DNA of 64,000 bases, from contig CAVVPW010000001.1 of the NCBI GenBank assembly GCA_963750235.1, positions 105,405 through 169,404 on the forward strand, given 5' to 3'. Below are positions 44,505 to 55,063 of this stretch, one piece after another (positions within the stretch are counted from its first letter, which is position 1; each line of letters starts with the position of its first letter). The notes under the pieces were generated by a model. It did not search any database and was not told the DNA's origin. It saw nothing but the letters and a program-made list of their open reading frames with translations. This stretch comes from an uncultured Alphaproteobacteria bacterium (lineage in GTDB: Bacteria; Pseudomonadota; Alphaproteobacteria; Acetobacterales; Acetobacteraceae). Position numbers and translations under genes: made by a program.

Positions 44505-47275
44505 AAAAACGCACCGCCCTCTGGCTGATCCCTCTCGGGCTCGTCCTGGCTCTGCTCGGCGTGCTGCTGGCCCTGCCCGGCTTTGTTAGCTCCTCGGCGC
44601 ATCGCCCAGCCATGGAGGCCTTCGCCTCCTCGCTCACCGGCCGCAACGTGCATATCGGCGGCAAGCTCTCACTCGCCTTGCTGCCCCGGCCCGAGATCAC
44701 CGCCACGGATGTCACCATCTCCGGCCCGGACAAGGAGGTCATCACCGCCCGCGCCCTGGTGATGGACATCTCGCCAACCGCCTTGCTGCGCGGCCAGCTC
44801 GCGGTGCAGGCGCTCAACATCAAATCACCGAGCGTCGATTTCCCCTGGCCACTGCCCGCCGGGCCGAAATCCATCGCCCCGCCGCCCTGGCTTGCCGCGC
44901 TGCACGCGCATCTGAACAACGGCACTGTGCGCTTCGGCGGCATTGTCTTCACCGAGGTCAATGCCGACCTGTTTACCAGCTCGGGCGGGGCGGTCAGCGT
45001 CTCCGGCAATGGCGCGCTGCTCGGCCAGGGCGTCACGCTCAGCCTGGCGCTGGGGCAGATTGCGCTCGACCAATCCGCGCCGGTCTCCATCCAGGCCGGG
45101 ATTCTCGGCAGCAGCCTGTCCTTTTCCGGCGCGCTGAGCGGTGAGAGCAGCCTCACCGGCCAACTTTCCGCCAAGCTGGTCCAGGGCATCACAGGCAGCG
45201 CCACGCTCTCCGTGGACGCCAGCGGCATCAACGCCAGCCAACTCACCCTGCAGCAGGGCGGTGCCAGCGTCTCCGGCAGCGCCTCATCCAGCTTCGCGGC
45301 GCCGGGGCTCAACGCCACGCTGAGCGGGCAGAACCTCGATCTCGACGCATTGCGTGCCCAGGCCCGGCCCCTCGCCCTCGTTTGGCCCGCATTGCCGCCC
45401 GTTTCGTTCATCCTGCAGGCCAGCAATGTCACCCTCGCCGGGCAGAGCTTCCCGGCGCTGCAAACCAGCCTCACCACCGGACCAGGCGGGCTGGCGCTCA
45501 ACAGCCTGGCTCTCACTTTGCCCGGCGGCGGCACGCTGAATGCCAGCGGCAGCGCCAGTCTGGCGGGCGCCCTTGCGGGTCAAGCAAACCTCACTGTCCC
45601 CGACACCGCCGCTCTGGCTGCCGCGTACCACCTTACGTCCCCCGCCTTCTGGCCCAGCGCGCGCCTTGCCGCCCAGCTTGGCGGCACGACCACCAGCCCG
45701 GTGCTGCAGAACCTCTCGGGCACGCTCGGGCCGGATCATGTCTCCGGCAACCTCATCCTCGCCCCTGGCCATGCCTCGGGCAGCCTCGCCTTCGACCATC
45801 TTACCCTGGCCCCGCTCATCGCCTGGGCCGGGCAGCGCCAGGGTGACGGCTTCACCTTCGACGGCGAGATAACCGCCGCCCGCGCCGATGCCGGGCCGGT
45901 GAAGCTGCAGAACCTGGCGGTGGATGCCTCACTGGACGGCATGCTGAACATCCGCCGCGTCTCCGCCAATCTCTATGGCGGGTTGGCCGCTGGCAGCTTC
46001 ACACTAGACTCGTCGGGCCGGGTCGCCGCCGCGCACGGTTTTGTTGACATCCCCTCCGGCACGCCGCTCGCCGCCCTGCTGCCCGCGGGCTGGGTTCCGC
46101 CAGCCGCGCTCACCGCGCCGCGCCTCTCCGTGCTCATCGCCGCGCAAGGCCCGGCCAACGCGCTCTCCACCAGCGCCGTGGCCACGTTGGGGGATATCAC
46201 CCTCACCGCCGCGCCGGTCATCAACTTCAACCAGATGTCCGCAACCGGCCCGCTCTCCCTGCGCCATCCGGATGCGATTGCCGCGATGAAGCTGCTCGGG
46301 CTGAACCAGGGGCTGGCATTCCCAGGTGCTGGCTCCATCTCGCTGCGCGCGCGCTTCACCGCCTCGGCCAGCCAGTACGGGCTTAACGATTTCATCCTCA
46401 GTTTCGGCGCGCTCGCCGCGAACGGGCAGATCATGGTGCAGAACGGCACCATCTCCGGGCAGATCGACGCCGACACGCTCGCCCTGCCGCCGCTGCCTGC
46501 CCGCCTGACCCTGCCCGCCAGCCTGCCCGTGCAGGGCAAGATCGGCATAAACGCCAGCCGCGTGCTCTATGCTGGCACGCCCATCCTCGGCCCCAGCGCC
46601 GCCAGCCTCACGCTCGGGCAGAGCAGCGCCAAGCTGGCCCTCACCCAGGCGGCGATCGGCAATGGCAGCCTCTCCGGCAGCCTCGCCGCCACGCTCAGCC
46701 CCGCCACCGCGCCCGAATTCAACCTCAACCTGCTGGCACAGAATATCGACGCGCCAGCGCTTGCGCTGCCCGTCAGTTTCCCCTTCAGCCTGCCTGTGGG
46801 TGCGGTGAACGCCACCGCCAGCCTCACCGCCAGCGGCTACAGCCCGAAGAACTGGCTGGCGACTCTGAGCGGCACCGCCACGCTCGCCGCCACGCATGGC
46901 CGCCTGGGCGGCATCAGCCTCGGAAATTTCATCGCCGCCCTCGGCACGCCGGATGCCACCCACAAGCTGCGCGCCGCCCTGGCCTATGGCAGCACGCCCT
47001 TCACCACGCTCAGCCTCGCCGGCACCCTGGCCCAGGGGAATTGCACGCTTACCCAGGCAACCCTCACCGGGCAGGATGGCACAATCAGCGCCGCCGCAGA
47101 CAGCGGCATCGACATCTTCGACAGAGCCCTGGCCCTGCGCCTCACACTGCACCCGGCGGTGCAGCCGCCCGTGTCCGCCTCGGCGCTGATGCTCGGCTCC
47201 TGGAACGCGCCCAAGCGCAGTTCCCAGCTCAAATCCGCCCTGGGCTGGAAGCCAGCCCCGCCGCCGGCACAATAA
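44501..47275 (+). CDS. AsmA-family protein
   Basis: N-terminal TM anchor, [20 protein letters not shown] AsmA N-terminal pattern, long beta-rich body; TTG overlaps the upstream TGA. Confidence 0.8.
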
Positions 47276-47302
47276 AAAACCCGGTCTCAGGCCGGGTTTT
47301 TT
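47274..47302. terminator. Bidirectional intrinsic terminator
   Basis: AAAAAACCCGG/CCGGGTTTTTT stem between convergent genes. Confidence 0.85.
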
Positions 47303-47317
47303 CAGGGGAGCGGCTGA

Positions 47318-47644
47318 TTACCGCTCGTCGTCGTTGCCTTCTGGCTGCACGTCGATATCGGCCTCGATCACGCCGGTATCGTCGTCCAGGTCATCCGCAT
47401 CCTCCAGGATGTCCTCTTCGTCGCCGTCATCGGGCACTTCCACGTCCACGTCATCGCCGTCGAGCATCGGCTTCGCCACTTTCTTCTGCTCTTCCGGCAG
47501 CGGCGCGGTGCGCTTCAGCCGCGGCTGCTCCGCCGGCTGCTCGGTGCCGCATTTGGGGCACACCGCCGGCTCCTTGCCGAGGTCGAAAAACCGCGCCCCG
47601 CAGGACACGCAAGTATGTTTTTCTCCAAGCTCCGGTTTCGCCAT
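47318..47644 (-). CDS. TIGR02300 / FYDLN_acid family protein
   Basis: MAKPELGEKHTCVSCGARFFDLG...CPKCG zinc ribbon and acidic tail; divergent from aroA. Confidence 0.88.
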   Translation of the reverse strand: MAKPELGEKHTCVSCGARFFDLGKEPAVCPKCGTEQPAEQPRLKRTAPLPEEQKKVAKPMLDGDDVDVEVPDDGDEEDILEDADDLDDDTGVIEADIDVQPEGNDDER

Positions 47645-47744
47645 GTCCAACCTCTGGTCAATTCGCCAAGTTTATTCCAAGCGCGGCGCGATGCCATGCC
47701 CAGCGGCCTATGTCAAACCGCATTAGCCATGCTAATCGCGCGCC

Positions 47745-49079
47745 ATGGAATCGCTCACGCCCCGCCCGCACCGCTCCGCCCGCCCCGCCGCGCCTCTCAC
47801 CGGCAGCATCGGCGTTCCCGGCGACAAATCCATCAGCCACCGCGCCCTGATGTTCGGGGCGCTGGCGGTCGGGCAGACCCGCATTTCCGGCCTGCTGGAA
47901 GGCGAGGACGTGCTGCGCACCGCCGCCGCAATGCGCGCGCTTGGAGCCGAAATCTCGCGTGACGGCGCGGATTGGCTGGTGGCCGGGCGTGGCATCGGCG
48001 GCCTCACCGAACCGGCTGACGTGCTGGACATGGGCAATTCCGGCACCGCCGCGCGGCTGCTGGCGGGCATCCTGGCCAGCCACGAGCTGTATGCGGTGAT
48101 GACCGGCGACTCCAGCCTGCGCAAGCGCCCGATGGCGCGCGTGATCGAGCCGCTGAAGGCCACCGGCGCGCAGTTCTTCGCCCGCTCCGGCAACCGCCTG
48201 CCGCTCACCATCGTTGGCACGCGCGAGGCCATGCCGCTGACCTACCGCCTGCCTGTCGCCTCCGCGCAGGTGAAATCGGCCATCCTGCTCGCCGGGCTCA
48301 ACGCCCGCGGCGTGACCGAGGTGGAGGAGCCGGAGCCGACCCGCGACCATTCCGAGAACATGCTGAAGCATTTCGGCGCCGAGATCTCGGTGGCCCGCGC
48401 CGGCAAGGGCCGCGTGATCCGCCTCACCGGCCAGCCGGAGTTGCGCGCGGCTGACGTGATTGTGCCTAGCGATCCCTCCTCCGCCGCCTTCCCAATTGCC
48501 GCTGCACTTCTGGTACCGGGCAGCCAGGTCACCGTGACCGGCGCCGGGCTGAACCCGCTGCGCACGGGGCTTTTCGAGACCCTGCGCGAGATGGGCGCTG
48601 AGCTTGCCATCCAGAACGCCCGCATCGCCGGCGGCGAGCCGGTGGGTGACATTGTCGCCGCGCACACGGAACTACGCGCCGTGGACGTGCCGGCCGAGCG
48701 CGCCCCCAGCATGATCGACGAATACCCGATTCTCGCCGTGCTTTGCGCCGCCGCCAACGGCACCTCACGCCTGCGCGGGCTCTCAGAGCTGCGGGTGAAG
48801 GAATCCGACCGCCTGACCGCCACCGCCGCGCTGCTGCGGGTGAACGGCGTGCGCGTCGAGATCAAGGGCGACGACCTGATCATCCACGGCATCGGCGCTA
48901 TTCCCGGCGGCGGGCTGGTGGAGACGCATATGGACCACCGCCTCGCCATGTCCGCCCTGGTGCTGGGCCAGGCAAGCGAGGCGCCGGTGCAGATCGACGA
49001 CGCCAGCTTCATCGACACCTCCTTCCCCGGCTTCCTGAAGCTGATGCGCGGCCTGGGCGCGGAGATCACGGCACTATGA
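47745..49079 (+). CDS. aroA: 3-phosphoshikimate 1-carboxyvinyltransferase
   Basis: PGDKSISHR, MGNSGT, ASAQVKSA, RVKESDR, DHRLAM. Confidence 0.97.
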   Translation: MESLTPRPHRSARPAAPLTGSIGVPGDKSISHRALMFGALAVGQTRISGLLEGEDVLRTAAAMRALGAEISRDGADWLVAGRGIGGLTEPADVLDMGNSGTAARLLAGILASHELYAVMTGDSSLRKRPMARVIEPLKATGAQFFARSGNRLPLTIVGTREAMPLTYRLPVASAQVKSAILLAGLNARGVTEVEEPEPTRDHSENMLKHFGAEISVARAGKGRVIRLTGQPELRAADVIVPSDPSSAAFPIAAALLVPGSQVTVTGAGLNPLRTGLFETLREMGAELAIQNARIAGGEPVGDIVAAHTELRAVDVPAERAPSMIDEYPILAVLCAAANGTSRLRGLSELRVKESDRLTATAALLRVNGVRVEIKGDDLIIHGIGAIPGGGLVETHMDHRLAMSALVLGQASEAPVQIDDASFIDTSFPGFLKLMRGLGAEITAL

Positions 49080-49723
49080 TCATCGCAATTGACGGCCCGG
49101 CTGCAGCCGGGAAAGGCACGCTGGCCAAACGTATCGCCGCCGCGCTGGGCCTGCCATATCTGGACACCGGCATCCTCTACCGCGCCACCGCCAAGCGCGT
49201 GCTGGAGGCCGGTGCCTCCCCTGCCGATGCGGACGCCGCGGTGAATGCCGCCCGTTTGCTCACACAGGCGGATATGAACCGCTCCGATCTGCGCGACGCC
49301 GCAACCTCCGCCGCAGCCAGCCAGGTCGCCTCCATTCCCGCCGTGCGCCGCGCGCTGCTCGACTTCCAGCGCCATTTCGGCAACTCCCACGGCGCGGTGC
49401 TGGATGGGCGCGACATCGGCACAATCATCTTCCCGCATGCGGATGTTAAGCTCTTTGTCACCGCCAGCGTGGAAGCCCGGGCCGAGCGCCGCTACAAGGA
49501 GTTCCTGGCGCGCGGCGAGACCGTTAAACTCGCCGACGTTATCGCCGACGTGCAGGCGCGCGATGAGGCCGACCGTACTCGCGCCGCCGCACCGCTGATG
49601 AAGGCGCCGGATGCCGAGCTGATCGACACCACCGGGATGGATGCCGACACCGCCTTCACCCATGCGCTGGACGTGATCCGCCGCAAGATCGCCCAGCTGG
49701 AACCCAAGAGTTTCAGCTTGTAA
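49076..49723 (+). CDS. cmk: Cytidylate kinase
   Basis: IAIDGPAAAGKGT, DTGILYR, DGRDIGT, RDEAD; ATG overlaps the aroA stop. Confidence 0.96.
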   Translation: MIIAIDGPAAAGKGTLAKRIAAALGLPYLDTGILYRATAKRVLEAGASPADADAAVNAARLLTQADMNRSDLRDAATSAAASQVASIPAVRRALLDFQRHFGNSHGAVLDGRDIGTIIFPHADVKLFVTASVEARAERRYKEFLARGETVKLADVIADVQARDEADRTRAAAPLMKAPDAELIDTTGMDADTAFTHALDVIRRKIAQLEPKSFSL

Positions 49724-49779
49724 ATCCTCTGAACTCGCTCACTATCGCTCCCCCGCCAAAATAAACCGGGAGCGAAAAG

Positions 49780-50055
49780 ATGCCGAGCCAGGACTATCAG
49801 CTGCTCATCAAGAACCTGCTGAACGATAACGCCCGCTGGGGCGAGCGGCCTATCGCCATCGTGGTGCTGAAGCCGGATGCCGAGGCCACGGAGGACGAGC
49901 TGAAGGACGTGGTGGGCAAGCGCGTGGAGACGGGCGAGCTTTCCCGCTTCGCCGTCCCGGACCAGATCATCTTCGCCCAGCCGCTGGAGAAGGCCTCCGT
50001 CGGAAAGCTGGACAAGAAGCGCATGCGCGCCATCTATCGCGTGATGGCAGAATAA
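49780..50055 (+). pseudogene. Internally deleted acyl-CoA ligase remnant or stand-alone AMP-binding C-terminal domain
   Basis: RWGERPIAIVV, FAVPDQI, KASVGKLDKK (A10-like Lys motif); only 91 aa. Confidence 0.7.
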
Positions 50056-50056
50056 A

Positions 50057-50812
50057 TCAGGGGTGAATCGCCACGAGCCTGGCCGGATAGCCGCAGCCAT
50101 TGAGCGGCTTCGGCCAGCTCGCCAGCAGCAGCGCGCCAGCCTCCGGCACCTGGTCGAGGTTCGCAACCAGTTCCACCTGCCAGCGGTCCTGGCTCAGCAC
50201 GTAGAACTCCAGGCTGTAATCGCCCTTCGAGGTGGAAAGCCCTGGGTCGGTATCCGTCGCCTCATGACCAATCGCGCGGACATCGCGCTGCTCCAACAGG
50301 AATTCCAGCACCTCGCGCGACCAGCCGGGATAATGCGCGACCCCCTCGGCATCCTTGTTCGCGAAGGCCGCCGCGTCGGGCCATTTCTTGTGCCAGTCCG
50401 TGCGCAGGGCCACGAAGGCGCCTGCGGGGATCCGGCCCTGCCGCGCCTCCCAGGCCTGCACATCCTCCAGCGTGGGCGTGGTGTCTGCGTCCTGCGCGGC
50501 GCGGGCGCTGATATCCAGCACCACCAGCGGCAGCAGCATCTGCTCCACGGGAATTGCATCCACCGTGCGCCCGCCAGCCACGAAATGGCTCGGCGCATCC
50601 ACATGCGTGCCCCACTGGCCCACATGCGAATAGCGCGTCACCTCGAAGCCATGCTCGGCCACGGTGAACAGCGTCTCGGCGGTTTCATCGGGGAACGCCG
50701 GAAAATGCGGCTGGCTTGGGTGGAAGGCGTGGGTGAGGTCGATAAAACGGGCCGTGGCTAACGCGGTGTTATACAGCGCCCAGAGGGGATTCGTGCCGGT
50801 GATACAATCCAT
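50057..50812 (-). CDS. Cyclase family (kynurenine formamidase-like) metal-dependent hydrolase
   Basis: IDLTH, GTHVDAPSHF, ALRTDW, GHEATDTD, PARLVAI; start uncertain (50812 preferred). Confidence 0.88.
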   Translation of the reverse strand: MDCITGTNPLWALYNTALATARFIDLTHAFHPSQPHFPAFPDETAETLFTVAEHGFEVTRYSHVGQWGTHVDAPSHFVAGGRTVDAIPVEQMLLPLVVLDISARAAQDADTTPTLEDVQAWEARQGRIPAGAFVALRTDWHKKWPDAAAFANKDAEGVAHYPGWSREVLEFLLEQRDVRAIGHEATDTDPGLSTSKGDYSLEFYVLSQDRWQVELVANLDQVPEAGALLLASWPKPLNGCGYPARLVAIHP

Positions 50813-50919
50813 GGCCCGAGTTTCCGGCTCGTCCCTCCCCTGGTCAAGCATTTTTGCGCAGTGCAACAAAAAAGGCGGCACCCGCGAGGATGCCGCCCTT
50901 GGTTTTCAACTGACGAGGG

Positions 50920-52353
50920 TTACGCGCTGGCCTGCGTCACGAACTTGGTGACCAGATACGGCTCCAACCCTTCCGCGCCGCCTTCCGAGCCATAGCCGCT
51001 GTCCTTCATGCCGCCGAACGGCGTCTCGGGCAGCGCCAGGCCGTGGTGATTGATGCCGACCATGCCGGACTCGATCTGCGCGCCGAGCGCCGTTGCCGTG
51101 GCGGTGTTGCGCGTATAGGCGTAGGCGGCCAAGCCGTATGGCAGGCGGTTGGCCTCGGCGATGGCATCGTCGAACGTCTTGAACGGCATGAACAGCGCCA
51201 GCGGGCCGAACGGCTCCTCGTTCAGCACGCGGGCGTCGGCGGGAATGTCGGTCAGCACGGTGGGCTCGAAGAAATAGCCCTTGTTGCCAGCGCGCTTGCC
51301 GCCGGTTGCAATCTTCGCGCCCTTGCCCACGGCATCGGCGATCAGCGTCTCCATGGCCGCCACGCGACGGTCATTGGCGAGCGGCCCCATGGTGGTGGCG
51401 GCATCCAGCCCATTGCCGAGCTTAATCGCCTCGCACTTGGCGACGAACTTTTCCAGGAACGGCTCGTACACGGCGTCCTGCACGATGAAGCGCGTCGGCG
51501 CCACGCAGACCTGCCCGGCATTGCGGAACTTGTTCGCGGCCAGGATGGTCGCGGCGGCGTCCAGGTCGGCATCGTTGAACACGAGGGACGGCGCATGCCC
51601 GCCCAGCTCCATGGTGGCGCGCTTCATATGCTTGCCCGCCAGGGCCGCCAGATGCTTGCCGACAACGGTGGAGCCGGTGAAGGAGATCTTCCGGATCACC
51701 GGATGCGGGATCAGGTACTCGGAGATTTCGGCCGGCACGCCGAACACCAGCTGCACCACGCCAACCGGCACACCGGCATCCACATAGGCGCGCACCAGCT
51801 CGGCGCAGCTCGCCGGGGTCTCCTCGGGGCCCTTCAGGATGAAGGAACAGCCAGCCGCCAGTGCCGCGGAAATCTTGCGCACGGCCTGGCTCATGGGGAA
51901 GTTCCAAGGGGTGAAGCCCGCGACCACGCCCACCGGCTCGCGCAGGCTGAGCTGGTACACGCCCGGCACGCGGTTGGGGATGACGCGGCCATAGGCGCGG
52001 CGCCCTTCCTCGGCGAACCAGTCGATCACATCGGCCGAGCCCATGATCTCGATCTTTGCCTCGCCCACCGGCTTGCCCTGCTCCATGGTCATCAGCCGGG
52101 CGATGGCATCGGCGCGCTCGCGGATCAGCTCCGCCGCCTTGCGCAGCAGCTTGGAGCGGTCATAGGCCGACATCTTGCGCCACACGGCGAAACCCTTGGC
52201 GGCATGGTCCAGCGCCTCGTCCAGGTCATCGGTCCCCGCGTGCGCCAGCTTGCCGATCACCTCCTCGGTCGCCGGATTGACGACATCGAGCGTGCGCCCG
52301 CCGCGCGCCGCGCGCCATTCACCGCCGATATGCAGCAATACGTCCTGATACAT
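50920..52353 (-). CDS. NAD(P)-dependent semialdehyde dehydrogenase (GabD / alpha-ketoglutarate semialdehyde dehydrogenase-like)
   Basis: TPWNFP, FTGST, MELGGHAP, AGQVCVAP, EEPFGP, PFGGMKDSGYG. Confidence 0.9.
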   Translation of the reverse strand: MYQDVLLHIGGEWRAARGGRTLDVVNPATEEVIGKLAHAGTDDLDEALDHAAKGFAVWRKMSAYDRSKLLRKAAELIRERADAIARLMTMEQGKPVGEAKIEIMGSADVIDWFAEEGRRAYGRVIPNRVPGVYQLSLREPVGVVAGFTPWNFPMSQAVRKISAALAAGCSFILKGPEETPASCAELVRAYVDAGVPVGVVQLVFGVPAEISEYLIPHPVIRKISFTGSTVVGKHLAALAGKHMKRATMELGGHAPSLVFNDADLDAAATILAANKFRNAGQVCVAPTRFIVQDAVYEPFLEKFVAKCEAIKLGNGLDAATTMGPLANDRRVAAMETLIADAVGKGAKIATGGKRAGNKGYFFEPTVLTDIPADARVLNEEPFGPLALFMPFKTFDDAIAEANRLPYGLAAYAYTRNTATATALGAQIESGMVGINHHGLALPETPFGGMKDSGYGSEGGAEGLEPYLVTKFVTQASA

Positions 52354-52366
52354 CCGTTGTTTCCTC

Positions 52367-53698
52367 TCAGTTTTCGCGAATCAATTTACGTACGATGTCG
52401 ATCATTTCACTGATCTGGTCCGCCGTTGCGGCGAAGGGCGGCGCGAGCACCACGGAGTCGCCGGCGCAGCGCAGCACCAGACCTTCCTCGAAGGCCCGGC
52501 ACAAAATCTTGAAGCCGCGCTCGCCGGGTTTGCCCTTTGGCGCCACCTCGATGGCGCCGAGCAGGCCGAGGCCGCGCGTGTCAACAACATCCGGCTGCCC
52601 CTTGAAGCTGGCGACCTGCTCCAGGAAGCCCGGTGCCAGTTCCCGCACGCGGGCGAAGGTGTCTTCCTCGCGGTAGATCTTCAGCGTGGCGAGGCCTGCC
52701 GCGCAGGCCACCGGGTGTGCCGAATAGGTGTAGCCATGATAGAACTCGACCACGTTGGGCGGCGCGGCATCCAGAATGGTCTGCTGGATGTCCTCGCGCA
52801 CCGCGATCGCCGACATCGGGACCGAACCATTGGTGATGGCCTTGGCCATGGTGATGATATCCGGGGTGACACCGAAGGTCTCGGCTGCAAAGGCGTAGCC
52901 GGTGCGGCCGAAACCGGTAATCACCTCGTCGAAGATCAGCAATATGCCATGTTTGGTGCAGATCTCGCGCAGGCGCTGCAGATAGCCCTTGGGCGGCGGC
53001 AGGATGCCGGTGGAGCCCGCCACCGGCTCGACGATGCAGGCGGCGATGGTGTCGGCGCCATGCAGGTTGACGAAACGCTCCACGTCATCGGCGAGGTCGG
53101 CGCCTTGCGTGCCCTGCCCCATCTCGAAGAAATTTTCCTTGATGTGGGTATGGCGCATATGCATCACCCCCGGCAGACCAACCCCGAAGGCCTTGCGGTT
53201 GTTCACCATGCCGCCGACGGACCAGCCGCCGAAATTCACGCCATGATAGCCGCGCTCGCGGCCCACGAAGCGCATGCGCGAGCCCTCGCCCCGGACACGG
53301 TGGTATTGCAGCGCCACTTTCAGCGCCAACTCCACAGCCTCGGACCCCGAACCGGCGAACATGATGCGGTTGAGCCCCGGAGGGGTCATCTCTGCCACCT
53401 CGGTGGCGAGCTTAAATCCGGGCGGGAAGCCGTACTGGAAGGGCGGCGCGTAATCCAGCTCCTCCATCTGCCTGGCCACAGCCTCGCGGATCTCGCGCCG
53501 CCCATGGCCCAGCGGAATGCAGTACAGGCCGGAGGAGCCATCCAGCAGTTTTTCACCGCGTGTATTATAATAATAAACACCCTCGGCCCGCGCGATGATG
53601 CGCGGCTGTTCCATGAACTGCCTGTTGGCGGTGAAGGGCATCCACTGATTGATCAGCGGGTCATTGCTCGGGCGCGCGGTGGCAATCATGGTTGGCAC
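52367..53698 (-). CDS. Omega-amino acid:pyruvate aminotransferase (class III, beta-alanine type)
   Basis: WMPFTANRQF, GYHG, FDEVITGFGR, TMAKAITNG, HGYTYSAHP. Confidence 0.9.
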   Translation of the reverse strand: MPTMIATARPSNDPLINQWMPFTANRQFMEQPRIIARAEGVYYYNTRGEKLLDGSSGLYCIPLGHGRREIREAVARQMEELDYAPPFQYGFPPGFKLATEVAEMTPPGLNRIMFAGSGSEAVELALKVALQYHRVRGEGSRMRFVGRERGYHGVNFGGWSVGGMVNNRKAFGVGLPGVMHMRHTHIKENFFEMGQGTQGADLADDVERFVNLHGADTIAACIVEPVAGSTGILPPPKGYLQRLREICTKHGILLIFDEVITGFGRTGYAFAAETFGVTPDIITMAKAITNGSVPMSAIAVREDIQQTILDAAPPNVVEFYHGYTYSAHPVACAAGLATLKIYREEDTFARVRELAPGFLEQVASFKGQPDVVDTRGLGLLGAIEVAPKGKPGERGFKILCRAFEEGLVLRCAGDSVVLAPPFAATADQISEMIDIVRKLIREN

Positions 53699-54016
53699 AC
53701 TCCTTCCTCTCCGTGTCAGTTTACTATTTTAAACAGCGTTGGCCAGAGTTTTGTTGCCCACGGGGCATGACGTGGCCGCATGCCGGGCACAACGCCAGCG
53801 TGTCGCGAAAGTGAGACCGTCGCGGAACGCGATGCTGCCCCGCAAATTCCATTTTGCGCTCGGAAGGATGATAGGGTTAGAATACTAACAAGTTACCTGA
53901 CTGAGTTATTTTATGCTGGAATTACGTGTGAATTTTGACACTGGGCATCTCCCTGCCTGCCTTCTGCCACCCACCCCCGACAATCCCAGACGACAGGGTC
54001 GCTCGGGACGGCAGGG

Positions 54017-55054
54017 ATGCCTGGAGTGATTATCGAGCACGGCACAGGCACGCCCGCCGAAATTGCCGGTCTGATTCTTGCGGGGCGAATCCTGGTTCTG
54101 GCCGGGGCCGAGGCCGATCTCTCCCGCCTGCCCCGCGGGCGCTGGATCGGCGGCACGGCGGCAAGTTTCATCACCGCCGCTGGCGGGCAGGAGGCCGATG
54201 GGCGGATTTTCTATTCCGACCTCACCGGCATTGCCCGGAATGTCCGGCTGCATCACTTCAACCTTTCGGAAATGCGGCGGATCGGCAGGCTGCATCCGTT
54301 GAACGGCTTCACCATCGCCATCATCCCCGGTTTCAGCGAGCTTCTAACCGGTGTCTGCGCCGAAATCCTGAATTACGACGGGCTCTACAACGCGCCGCTG
54401 TTCGGCTGGATCAGCGCGGTTGACCCGTCTCAGCTCGGCCGCATGCGGCCGAAGAGCTTCTTCGCCGGCGCCCCCGCGGGCAGCACCGAGCACGCGGCGG
54501 TGATGAGCGTCTCCCTGCCTCATGACCTCTTCGTCCAACTGCAGATCGCCAATCTATTCGGCCCCGGCACGGGGCCAGAGATCCGCTTTGCCAAACCGGG
54601 CTACCTGGCCGAGGGCGACTGCCTCATCGGCGGCAAGCCGGACAATCTCGCGCGCTATATCGAGGCTGAGAACATCGACAGGCGCCTGCCGCTGGTTTCC
54701 GACCATGAAGGAGCACTGATTAATATTTCAATCATCTCCAGCGATGCGCAGACCGGCCGCGCCACTTTCCTGGCCCCGGTCAATCCCGCCCTCACCTACC
54801 GCTTCGCCGCCGACATTCTGGATTACCGTTGTGAATTCTCCAGCGCCATGAACGAGCTGCATAAGGGAAGTGCTGCGCTCTCGTGCGTCTGCGTACAGAA
54901 TTATGAACATGCGGGGCTGCGCCAGAGTACCGGCCTGCCCTTCCAGGGGCCGGTCACCTTCGGGCAGATCGCCTATGGCGTTGTCAACCAGACTCTTGCC
55001 TGCCTCACCATCAGCAAGCACGAGGACGAAGACGCCGGGCCGGAAACCGGATAA
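54017..55054 (+). CDS. DUF6976-like (FIST-like) protein
   Basis: LVLAGAEADLSRLPRGRWIGGT, PLFGWISAV, SCVCVQNY, GPVTFGQIAYGVVNQT recalled as DUF6976; not database-checked. Confidence 0.65.
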   Translation: MPGVIIEHGTGTPAEIAGLILAGRILVLAGAEADLSRLPRGRWIGGTAASFITAAGGQEADGRIFYSDLTGIARNVRLHHFNLSEMRRIGRLHPLNGFTIAIIPGFSELLTGVCAEILNYDGLYNAPLFGWISAVDPSQLGRMRPKSFFAGAPAGSTEHAAVMSVSLPHDLFVQLQIANLFGPGTGPEIRFAKPGYLAEGDCLIGGKPDNLARYIEAENIDRRLPLVSDHEGALINISIISSDAQTGRATFLAPVNPALTYRFAADILDYRCEFSSAMNELHKGSAALSCVCVQNYEHAGLRQSTGLPFQGPVTFGQIAYGVVNQTLACLTISKHEDEDAGPETG

Positions 55055-55063
55055 GCCGCCCGC

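Noticed and set aside
53740-53757. Sigma-54-like TGGCCA...TTGT between the aminotransferase and the DUF6976-like gene
   Set aside because: The -12 GC dinucleotide is not at the required spacing.
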